Of a stretch of 32,000 bases of DNA, positions 18,484 to 26,011 are shown one piece after another. Under the pieces are notes generated by a model that saw only the letters and a program-made list of their open reading frames with translations, made no database searches and was not told the DNA's origin. This DNA comes from Desulfocapsa sulfexigens DSM 10523 (GTDB taxonomy: Bacteria; Desulfobacterota; Desulfobulbia; Desulfobulbales; Desulfocapsaceae), in NCBI RefSeq assembly GCF_000341395.1, contig NC_020304.1, positions 1,950,001 to 1,982,000 of the forward strand. Reading direction: 5' to 3'. A program made the translations under genes and the position numbers. Every line of letters begins with the position of its first letter. Positions within the stretch are counted from its first letter, which is position 1.

Positions 18484-19077
18484 TTGAACCTTTTACAAGT
18501 TACGAGTTTATTCATGGGAAAGTCATCTACTACACTTAATCCGGCATTTAATGGGGAAGTGACCTCGCTTCCGGGCGGAGAACATCTCAACAGTTGTTTT
18601 GCCTGCGGTGCATGCAGCGGAATATGTCCTGTCTCCCAGGCTATTCCTGAATTTGATCCGCGCAAAATTATTCATATGATTCGAATGGGTATGAAGGAGC
18701 GTCTGCTCACTTCAGACATGCTCTGGTACTGTTCAGGATGCCGTTCCTGTGTGTTTGTCTGTCCTCAGGATGTTAGTTTTGCTGATATCATGGGTGCTGT
18801 GAGTAAGCTTGCCTTAAGAGAAGGCTATGTAAGCGAAGAGACACTGATCGAAAAAGGTAAAGCGGCCAAGGTTGAACGTGACCTCTGCGTGGCCTGTCTC
18901 ACCTGTGTTCGCTCCTGCCCATGGGAGATTCCCAAGATTGATTTCCTTGGTGTGGCTACCATTGATGCTGAAAAATGTCGTGCCTGTGGGATCTGTGTAG
19001 AAGAATGCCCTGCTAACGCTATTACTTTGAATGAATCTCAGGATGAACGGCTCATCGCCGCCTGTGGAATAAAATAA
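18484..19077 (+). CDS. Iron-sulfur protein with four CxxCxxCxxxCP motifs: an HdrC-like half plus a 2x[4Fe-4S] ferredoxin half. The start is uncertain (TTG 18484 or ATG 18514).
   Basis: CFACGACSGICP and CSGCRSCVFVCP are ~33 aa apart (HdrC-type spacing). CVACLTCVRSCP and CRACGICVEECP are ~18 aa apart (ferredoxin-type spacing). Confidence 0.7.
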   Translation: MNLLQVTSLFMGKSSTTLNPAFNGEVTSLPGGEHLNSCFACGACSGICPVSQAIPEFDPRKIIHMIRMGMKERLLTSDMLWYCSGCRSCVFVCPQDVSFADIMGAVSKLALREGYVSEETLIEKGKAAKVERDLCVACLTCVRSCPWEIPKIDFLGVATIDAEKCRACGICVEECPANAITLNESQDERLIAACGIK

Positions 19078-19110
19078 AATCTAAAAAAGTTTTGAAAGAA
19101 GAGGATAGTG

Positions 19111-19524
19111 ATGAGCTTTGATCCTGTTATAACCCTGTTCAGTTGTCATTATACTTCCCAGCAGAGCTGTGCTGCAGAAGGAAAGGAACTGGAGCAGCTG
19201 GGTTTTCCGTCCAGTATCAATCTGGTCAGGGTACCCTGTACCGGCAAACTGCAGATAACCACTCTGCTAAAGGCCTTTGAAGATGGTGCTGATGGTGTCT
19301 ATGTTGTCGGTTGTCCCGAGGATGGCTGCCATAATGTCAAGGGAAGTATTCGTGCGGCGAAGCGTGTAGCTGCGGTACGTGCAGCTCTTGAAGAGCTTGG
19401 GGTGGAGGGCGAACGAGTTCAGATGTATCACCTTCCAAGGGGTTTGCATCCGGAATTTGTTGCAAAGGGCAAAGAGATGGACGCTCGGATTCGTGATCTG
19501 GGACCCAGCCCGTTTTCTAACTAA
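19111..19524 (+). CDS. MvhD-like (methyl-viologen-reducing hydrogenase delta subunit family) Fe-S protein
   Basis: VPCTGKLQITTLLKAFEDGADGVYVVGCPEDGCHN matches the MvhD/FlpD signature. GAGGA RBS 7 nt upstream. Confidence 0.8.
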   Translation: MSFDPVITLFSCHYTSQQSCAAEGKELEQLGFPSSINLVRVPCTGKLQITTLLKAFEDGADGVYVVGCPEDGCHNVKGSIRAAKRVAAVRAALEELGVEGERVQMYHLPRGLHPEFVAKGKEMDARIRDLGPSPFSN

Positions 19525-19584
19525 TTTGTTACAGCAAGAGATTGGGACGCATACATTTCCAATCAGATATAGTGGAGTAAATAA

Positions 19585-20253
19585 ATGATTGTTGCAGAAC
19601 GTAAGCCAATGGCAGAGATCGTCGAGATGGTTCAGGACTGTAAAAAAATACTGGTTCTGGCCTGTCGTGGGTGTGTCACAGTGTGTTCGGCTGGCGGTGA
19701 GCGAGAGGCTGAAATTCTCTCTTCTCTTATCCGTCTTGGTATGAAAAAGGCTGGTAAATCCATTGAGATTACCACGGGAAGTCTGGTGCGGCAGTGTGAC
19801 CGTGAATACATTGATGAGATCGATCAGTGGGACGGGCAATATGACGCTGTTGTTTCCACGGCCTGTGGTGTTGGCGTGAACTTTATCTCCAATCTTCGCA
19901 AGGACACCATGGTCTACCCTGCTTTAAATACTACTTTTTTCGGTGGGTCAGCTGAACAGGGTGAGTGGACAGAGCAGTGTGCTGGCTGTGGCGATTGTGT
20001 GCTCCATCTCACTGGCGGATTGTGTCCGGTGGCCCGTTGTGCCAAGAGCCTGATGAATGGACCATGTGGCGGCTCCGTTGATGGAAAATGTGAAATTCAC
20101 AGAGATGTGGAGTGTATCTGGCAGTCCATTCATGATCGTCTTGCTTCTTTTGACAGATCGGCTCAGATGGAAGTTATTGCGCCGATTCGTGACTGGTCGA
20201 CAGCTGGACATGGTGGCCCCCGTAAAGTTGTCCGTGACGATCTGACCGTGTAG
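19585..20253 (+). CDS. MetV-like protein (methylene-THF reductase C-terminal domain family)
   Basis: CAGCGDCVLHLTGGLCPVARCAKSLMNGPCGGSVDGKCE is the hallmark of the MTHFR_C/MetV family. GGAG RBS upstream. Confidence 0.75.
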   Translation: MIVAERKPMAEIVEMVQDCKKILVLACRGCVTVCSAGGEREAEILSSLIRLGMKKAGKSIEITTGSLVRQCDREYIDEIDQWDGQYDAVVSTACGVGVNFISNLRKDTMVYPALNTTFFGGSAEQGEWTEQCAGCGDCVLHLTGGLCPVARCAKSLMNGPCGGSVDGKCEIHRDVECIWQSIHDRLASFDRSAQMEVIAPIRDWSTAGHGGPRKVVRDDLTV

Positions 20254-20295
20254 TGCTGTTTTGCCGATACCTTGATGATTGTCAGGGGTGTTGTG

Positions 20296-20340
20296 AAATC
20301 GCTTTTGTACCTCTGGTACGGAAGCGATTTTTTTTGTTTT
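20296..20340 (+). terminator. Strong rho-independent terminator after the MetV-like gene
   Basis: AAATCGCTT..GTACC-tct-GGTAC..AAGCGATTT, followed by TTTTTTTGTTTT. Confidence 0.8.
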
Positions 20341-20357
20341 AGGCTAAGGTGTGTTTC

Positions 20358-21578
20358 ATGAAGAATGAAAAGAAACAGTCCATCGATCTGGAAACGGCTC
20401 AAAGTTTGATCCTGAAGAAATGCAGGGTGTTGTCAGCTGAAAAAGTGAACCTCTCTAAAAGTCTGAAGCGTTTTCCTGCCGCACTGCTTGTGGCTCTTGA
20501 ATCACTGCCTGGTTACGATCAGTCATTGAGGGATGGTTATGCAATCAGCAGAGAACAACAGGGAGGGAAAAACTGTTATGAAATCATTGATGAAGTGGCA
20601 GCCGGTGATACCAGAAAGCTTCTTCTAGGTGAAAACCAGGCTATACGAATAATGACTGGAGGCCTGATTCCTGAAAATGCCCTTGCTGTTGTCCCCAGGG
20701 AATTGTGCAGCGTTAATGGGGAGACTGTCAGCGTTAAGACTGTTTTTCTAGAGCCGCAGAGGGATTTTATTCACAGGAAGGGGTGTGAACTGGCAGAAGG
20801 AGAGGTGATTGTCCCTGAAGGTTCAGCCATTGAAGTCGAGCAGCTGATTTTACTTGCAGGCGTTGGCTATGATTCCGTGCCACTTGTTCGAAAGCCACGG
20901 ATCAGTTTTTTCTGCACCGGTTCCGAATTGATTTCAGGAGGAGAGGAAAAGCTTGCAGGAGAAAAATATTCTGCGAACAGCCATCTCCTTCATGGCCTTA
21001 TTGAGCATGCCGGGGCAAAAGTACAGGTACAGGGTACGGTCAAAGATGACCCGGAAGCTGTCATGGAAGCTCTTATTGCAATGAACGAATCAGGCTCTGA
21101 CATTATTGTGAGTACAGGTGGGATGGGGCCTGGCAAATTTGATCTTGTTGAAGATGCTTTCTTGCGCGCCGGTGGCAGGGTGATCTATCATTCGCTTCAT
21201 TTACGACCCGGGAAATCGACGCTCTTTGGAATGCTCGGCCGCTCACTTTTTTTCGGTATGCCGGGGCCTCCTCCTGCGGTGCATCTCCTGTTTAATGAGC
21301 TGATTCGACCAGCTATTCTTGCTCTTCAGGGAGCAAAAAACTGTCGACCAAGGGAGGTTGAGGCTTACCTGACCGAAAATCTCTATTTTCCAAAAAGAGG
21401 GTTGCCACGTCTGAAAAGCGGTTTTTTGAGTTTCGCAGAGGGCAGGTGTCTGGTGCGGCCTTCAACCACAATTGGTGGATCTAACTGCTACATCTATTGT
21501 TCAGAATCTGCAAGGGAGTTGAAAAGTGGTGAGCGAGTCACTGTTCATATGATTGATTCTTTACCCTGTATTGATTGA
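20358..21578 (+). CDS. moeA: Molybdopterin molybdenumtransferase MoeA (alternative GTG start at 20349)
   Basis: SLRDGYAI, IMTGGLIP and STGGMGPGKFD motifs, with the four-domain length of ~405 aa. Confidence 0.85.
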   Translation: MKNEKKQSIDLETAQSLILKKCRVLSAEKVNLSKSLKRFPAALLVALESLPGYDQSLRDGYAISREQQGGKNCYEIIDEVAAGDTRKLLLGENQAIRIMTGGLIPENALAVVPRELCSVNGETVSVKTVFLEPQRDFIHRKGCELAEGEVIVPEGSAIEVEQLILLAGVGYDSVPLVRKPRISFFCTGSELISGGEEKLAGEKYSANSHLLHGLIEHAGAKVQVQGTVKDDPEAVMEALIAMNESGSDIIVSTGGMGPGKFDLVEDAFLRAGGRVIYHSLHLRPGKSTLFGMLGRSLFFGMPGPPPAVHLLFNELIRPAILALQGAKNCRPREVEAYLTENLYFPKRGLPRLKSGFLSFAEGRCLVRPSTTIGGSNCYIYCSESARELKSGERVTVHMIDSLPCID

Positions 21579-22399
21579 CATGCTGGGCAGAAAAAACTTG
21601 CCCGACCCCCAATTGTTTCTTTTTGAATTGTTACACCACATCTCGAACATGCCTCGCCCGCTTTTCCGTATACCAGGAAGTTCATCTGAAAGTAGCCACC
21701 TTTCCCAGAGGCATTTACAAAGTCACTGATAGTGGAGCCTCCACATTGAATCGCATGGTTAAGCGTTTTTCGAATTATGGCGCGAAGTCGTTTCCAATCC
21801 TTCAAGGAGAGAGAAGAAGCCAGGCATTCCGGATGAATAGAGGCCCTAAAGAGCGATTCATTGGCGTAGATGTTCCCGATCCCGGCAATCACATGGCTGT
21901 CCATTATGAATTTTTTAATGCCGATTCTCCGACGAGCAGCGAGCTCGGCAAGATAGCTGATGGAACAGGAGCGAGAGAACGGTTCGGGGCCCGTTGCAGA
22001 AAAAAATTGTTTTTCTGCCGCTTTGGCTCTTCTTCCTGGAAGCAGATGTACAGCACCAAATCTTCTTGCATCGTTAAAGCGAAGCTCCTTGCCGTTGTCC
22101 AGTTGCCAGCAGACGTGATCGTGTTTTTTTGTGGCTGAACCCGTATCAAAAATACCCATGTTTCCTGTCATCCCCAGATGAATGATAATGGTGCCTCCTT
22201 CATTCGTCCAAAGGATCAGGTATTTCGCTCTTCGCTGTAGGCCTGTAATCTGTTTTCCACAAAGTTCCGATTGCATTTCCCGGCACAGGACAGGATAGCG
22301 AAGCTGTTTTCCGGAGCAGCGAATATCCACAATTGTTCTGCCAAGAAGATGGGGCAGGAGGCCCTGGCAGATGACTTCAACTTCGGGTAGTTCAGGCAT
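21545..22399 (-). CDS. mutM: Formamidopyrimidine-DNA glycosylase
   Basis: MPELPEVEV N-terminus, H2TH region, and zinc finger CSRCG...FFCPACQ. Confidence 0.93.
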   Translation of the reverse strand: MPELPEVEVICQGLLPHLLGRTIVDIRCSGKQLRYPVLCREMQSELCGKQITGLQRRAKYLILWTNEGGTIIIHLGMTGNMGIFDTGSATKKHDHVCWQLDNGKELRFNDARRFGAVHLLPGRRAKAAEKQFFSATGPEPFSRSCSISYLAELAARRRIGIKKFIMDSHVIAGIGNIYANESLFRASIHPECLASSLSLKDWKRLRAIIRKTLNHAIQCGGSTISDFVNASGKGGYFQMNFLVYGKAGEACSRCGVTIQKETIGGRASFFCPACQSIQGKESII

Positions 22400-22418
22400 G
22401 ATAATCTTTTTGTTTTAT

Positions 22419-23204
22419 TTAAGGCGATAAGGGGTGACAGCAGAGTGCAAGGCTGTATCCATTGTCAAGGAGCCCGGCGGCAACGGGGAGGGTCTGCTGT
22501 GGAATATCGGTTCGGGAAAAGTAGAATATGGCATCATTTGCTGTCTTTTGTAGTATTTGTGTGACAATAATTTCGTGAAACCCCAGCATTCTTGAGGAGC
22601 TAAACGTTTTTTTTACAGCTTCCTTGCCGGCCCATGTCAGTACCAGGCGGGAGAGTAGTGATTGACTGGGCAGAGAATTGTGCAGTAGCCGTTCTTCTTC
22701 GTTGGTGATAAATCTTTCCCTGACTTTCTGGAGGCTTTCGGAAGGATATTGAATATCTATGCCGCAGTGAGACTGACTGACCAGTGAAGCGGCACATCCT
22801 TTAGAATGACTGATGGAAAGTTCGGGGAAGGGGGATTCAACCCCTTTAAGGCGACTGAAATAGGGGCGTCCTGATTCCTCTGCTGATATCCTGCATTGCT
22901 GGTATTCAGGGATACGAGAGGGATTTCCTCGTTGTTGCAGGAAGATGCGAAGTCCCTGCTTTGCGCAGATCCTTCCTCCTAACCATTCACGGTGCCGTTT
23001 TTCGTACTTGAAGTTGTCGAGCTGAAGGTGTTCCTCTGGATGGAGCCAGCATGCTGCAGTTTGTTTTGTTTTGTCAGGGATATCTGTTAGTGATAGGATG
23101 ACGACAGTTGGTTTGTTTTTTTGATAAAGCGTGCCAGCAAGGTTTAATAGCCCGTCTGGTAAGGGTGTGAAAGATATAGAGCATTTTTCTTGGGAATGGG
23201 GCAT
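22419..23204 (-). CDS. Sfp-type 4'-phosphopantetheinyl transferase
   Basis: GRPYF...SISHSKG, GIDIQ (Gln where Sfp and EntD have Glu), and WAGKEAVKK (W/KEA subfamily). Confidence 0.8.
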   Translation of the reverse strand: MPHSQEKCSISFTPLPDGLLNLAGTLYQKNKPTVVILSLTDIPDKTKQTAACWLHPEEHLQLDNFKYEKRHREWLGGRICAKQGLRIFLQQRGNPSRIPEYQQCRISAEESGRPYFSRLKGVESPFPELSISHSKGCAASLVSQSHCGIDIQYPSESLQKVRERFITNEEERLLHNSLPSQSLLSRLVLTWAGKEAVKKTFSSSRMLGFHEIIVTQILQKTANDAIFYFSRTDIPQQTLPVAAGLLDNGYSLALCCHPLSP

Positions 23205-23292
23205 AATTATTAACCTTGCATTTTCAACTATTTCTGCTAACTGAATCTACAGGGGTAGTACTACTATTAGCAGATACAAAACGGGGGAACCA

Positions 23293-23910
23293 ATGGCTAA
23301 TGCCTTTCATCTAACAGGATTCGATTTTGTTATTATAGCATTGCTGCTGCTCTTCACATTACGTGGTCTCTGGGTTGGTTTCCTCAGTCAGGTAACCACT
23401 CTGGTTGCTCTGCTTGTGGGCTACGTAATTGCAGGACAGTATCATGACAAACTTTTTCCTTTTTTGCGAGGGGTAACGGAGAATCCCCATGCTGTTTTCT
23501 GGACCTCCTATGTGATTCTTTTTGGATTTACCTACGTTGTTACTATGCTTTTGGGGAAAGGATTGGCAAAAGTTGTGGAGCTTACCGTTGCCGGGTGGTT
23601 TGACAAATTACTGGGTGGTGTTCTTGGTATGGCAAAAGCCTTTATTCTGGTGGTTCTTCTGAATATGGTCCTTTCAGGTCTTCTTGCTCCAGAAAATGAT
23701 ATGTTGAGAAAGTGTCAGTTATGCCCTTATCTGACTCAAGCGACTGATTTTTTTCGCAGTCTTATTAAGGATGATACAATTCGCAAGACATTCTTACAGA
23801 GCAAACCAGCCATATCAGAAAAAAAACCGTCTCAGGAAAAACCACTTCAGGAAAAACCTCCTGCAGATGGTGTTCGTCCATTTGTACCTACAGTATTCCC
23901 GGAAAAATAA
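23293..23910 (+). CDS. cvpA: CvpA family membrane protein
   Basis: N-terminus FDFVIIALLLLFTLRGLWVGF, four predicted TM segments, and a hydrophilic tail. Confidence 0.85.
   Translation: MANAFHLTGFDFVIIALLLLFTLRGLWVGFLSQVTTLVALLVGYVIAGQYHDKLFPFLRGVTENPHAVFWTSYVILFGFTYVVTMLLGKGLAKVVELTVAGWFDKLLGGVLGMAKAFILVVLLNMVLSGLLAPENDMLRKCQLCPYLTQATDFFRSLIKDDTIRKTFLQSKPAISEKKPSQEKPLQEKPPADGVRPFVPTVFPEK
23827..23862 (+). repeat. About 2.4 copies of a 15-nt tandem repeat (CCNNNTCAGGAAAAA) encoding PSQEK-PLQEK-PP in the cvpA tail
   Basis: ccgtctcaggaaaaa / ccacttcaggaaaaa / cctcct, read directly from the sequence. Confidence 0.6.
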
Positions 23911-23917
23911 AAACGAC

Positions 23918-24616
23918 TTATCTTTTACGATAGAATTCCGCCAGCTTCCGTGGAGAAACTCCAAGGTAGTATCCCATAACTATGAGCTGATTGATAAAGG
24001 TGGTACGGATAGGTCCAAGTCGCTGCCAGCGCCGGGATGAGGTTGTGACTGTTTGTGGTAATGTTTCTATTCTACCTCTTTTTTTTGCTGCCTTAACGAG
24101 CATGAAATCTTCCATGATCGGTACTTCCTGAAAACCTCCTATCTTTATAAAATCTTCTTTTCGCATAAAGAATGATTGATCCCCGTAGGGGATATGAAGC
24201 AGTCGTGAGCGGAGGTTTGCAAGAGCTATAATATAATTCAGGAGGAGGCCTCCTTCGTCGACCTTTAAACTGAATGCCCCAAGGCTTACTTTGGGATTGT
24301 CGAGACATCTCTGTACCAGGGTTGAAAAGTCGGATGGTAACTGGGTGTCTGCGTGAAGGAAGAGAAGAATTTTCGAGGATGCACTTTTTGCTCCGGAGTT
24401 AAGCTGCATGCCGCGTCCTCCCGAACCGGTTTCTTTTTTTACTCTGAACCCTAGACCCCGGGCAATGTTGACGGTATCATCCGTGCTGCCACCATCAACC
24501 ACTATTAATTCAGCAACTTCCGCTGCTGCAGCCTGCAGTAGCGGAAGGTTTCCTGCTTCATTGAGGGTGGGGACGATGATAGAAATAGTGGAGGTCTTCT
24601 TCTGTGTCGATATCAT
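23918..24616 (-). CDS. Family 2 glycosyltransferase. It resembles the 'rSAM/selenodomain-associated transferase 2' (arsenosugar-type) family, recalled as TIGR04283.
   Basis: ISIIVPTLNE, LIVVDGGSTDDT, LFLHADT and YGDQSFF. The family label comes from memory and needs HMM confirmation. Confidence 0.7.
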   Translation of the reverse strand: MISTQKKTSTISIIVPTLNEAGNLPLLQAAAAEVAELIVVDGGSTDDTVNIARGLGFRVKKETGSGGRGMQLNSGAKSASSKILLFLHADTQLPSDFSTLVQRCLDNPKVSLGAFSLKVDEGGLLLNYIIALANLRSRLLHIPYGDQSFFMRKEDFIKIGGFQEVPIMEDFMLVKAAKKRGRIETLPQTVTTSSRRWQRLGPIRTTFINQLIVMGYYLGVSPRKLAEFYRKR

Positions 24617-25199
24617 GGAGTTTTTTGAGAATATGGGTTCGTAGTCCGAGTTTTTCTGTCAGGGCGATGGTTTCTGAATAGACAATGCTGCTTCCCCATG
24701 GGATATTTGTAAAGAGTTGGCTGCAGAGAGTTGGATTGAGGGTGCCTGTTATTCCAATGAGGTAGTAGCCACCGTCATGGGCTGGGCCGATGACGAGATC
24801 GTTGTTCTGCAGGGCCTGAAATCCTTCTTTTAAGATTGCTGCATCAATACCAGGGCAATCGGATCCGATCAGGAGAGTGTCCTGTTTCCTGTTTAGTCCA
24901 AAGATAAGAGCCATAGCCATCCGTTCTCCCAGGTCTTTTCCCTGTTGCTGTTCGCAGATGTAGTCATGGCCAAGCCATTCTTGCATCGACTGTTCTGAGC
25001 CGCCGGTAAAAAAGATTGTGAGATCGGTGTTTGAGGTGGAGGCAATAAAAGTATCCAATCGTTTCAGGATGTGTGAGACCAACTCCTTGTAAACCATCAT
25101 GGCCCTGTCTTTTCCAAGAGCAGGAATCAAACGGGTTTTGCATTTCCCGGCTTGAGGGTAGCGGGTAAAAAGAATGACAAGTTTTTGGAAAGATGGCAT
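24558..25199 (-). CDS. DUF2064 nucleotidyltransferase-fold protein ('rSAM/selenodomain-associated transferase 1', recalled as TIGR04282)
   Basis: LVILFTRYPQAGKCKTRL, GSDCPGID, PAHDGGYYLIG and DIDTEEDL. I prefer ATG 25199 over the track start at 25232. Confidence 0.7.
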   Translation of the reverse strand: MPSFQKLVILFTRYPQAGKCKTRLIPALGKDRAMMVYKELVSHILKRLDTFIASTSNTDLTIFFTGGSEQSMQEWLGHDYICEQQQGKDLGERMAMALIFGLNRKQDTLLIGSDCPGIDAAILKEGFQALQNNDLVIGPAHDGGYYLIGITGTLNPTLCSQLFTNIPWGSSIVYSETIALTEKLGLRTHILKKLHDIDTEEDLHYFYHRPHPQ

Positions 25200-25214
25200 A
25201 AAGAATATGATCCT

Positions 25215-26009
25215 ATGAAACCTAATAACCAAAATAAAAGAAAAAAGACACCGGAGTCATATACCGAGAGAGTCTATCGTAAACTGGTAACCCGGACAGG
25301 TCTGGTTTCCACAAATGTTCGGATAGAGGAAACCGATCTGCACATTCTGGCAGAAAGAGACATTGCCGAATTGGCAACTGACCTTATTCTGCAGTATCGG
25401 GCCCAGCTGGAAAATTACATTGTAAAGAATCCCCAGTTTTGTGCAAGCCTGGATCCGTTGTCCCTGGATAAAATTGCCCCGCCGCTGATTCGTGATATGC
25501 TTATGGCTGGCTTACAGGCAGGAGTGGGGCCAATGGCTGCCGTAGCAGGGACTATTGCAGAGTACGTTGGAAAGGGATTGGTGGCTTCAGGTTTTTGTGA
25601 AGTGATGGTCGAGAATGGAGGCGATATCTTTTTGCAGCGCAGTCGTGACTGCTCAATTGCAATCTTTGCTGGTGAATCGCCATTAAGTTATAAGGTGGGG
25701 GTGAAGATCGCTCCTTCACAGATGCCCATCGGTATCTGTACATCATCGGGAACAGTGGGCCATTCTTTGAGCATGGGAAAAGCTGATTCTGTCACCGTAC
25801 TCAGTACTTCGACTCCGCTGGCCGATGCTGCGGCAACTCGTCTTGGTAATGAAGTCGGGAGGGCAGCTGGCGGTAATGGCATACAGAAAGCCCTTGCCAT
25901 AGCCAGGGAAATTGAAGGAATAATGGGTGTTGTCGTGATTTGTGGAGAGCGGATGGGGGTGATGGGGGATGTTGAGTTGATACAAGTTGATCTGAAAGGG
26001 GGGGACTGA
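25215..26009 (+). CDS. UPF0280 family protein (ApbE-like fold, function unknown)
   Basis: VGPMAAVAGTIAEYVG, VENGGDIF and CTSSGTVGHSLSMGKADSV. I prefer ATG 25215 over the track start at 25152. Confidence 0.72.
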   Translation: MKPNNQNKRKKTPESYTERVYRKLVTRTGLVSTNVRIEETDLHILAERDIAELATDLILQYRAQLENYIVKNPQFCASLDPLSLDKIAPPLIRDMLMAGLQAGVGPMAAVAGTIAEYVGKGLVASGFCEVMVENGGDIFLQRSRDCSIAIFAGESPLSYKVGVKIAPSQMPIGICTSSGTVGHSLSMGKADSVTVLSTSTPLADAAATRLGNEVGRAAGGNGIQKALAIAREIEGIMGVVVICGERMGVMGDVELIQVDLKGGD

Positions 26010-26011
26010 AA

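Noticed and set aside
19267-19839. Long antisense ORFs: 19267-19839(-), 21575-22138(+), 27459-27983(+), 28848-29321(-), 28389-28811(-), 15612-16118(-), 14430-14834(-), 25688-26116(-), 8153-8512(-), 7631-7954(-), 2061-2528(+), 176-397(+)
   Set aside because: Each lies entirely opposite a gene with strong, recognisable family motifs. Their translations are low-complexity or Cys/Arg/Ser-rich with no recognisable motifs or RBS. They are typical shadow ORFs.
18484-20253. Selenocysteine (in-frame UGA) recoding in the HdrC-like, MvhD or MetV-like genes, as occurs in some sulfate reducers
   Set aside because: Each ORF is continuous and of normal family length. No same-frame ORF pair is split by a TGA.
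20254-20357. A Moco riboswitch upstream of moeA
   Set aside because: The gap is only 104 nt. It is fully explained by the terminator hairpin of the preceding operon plus an RBS. No Moco-motif conserved elements were seen.
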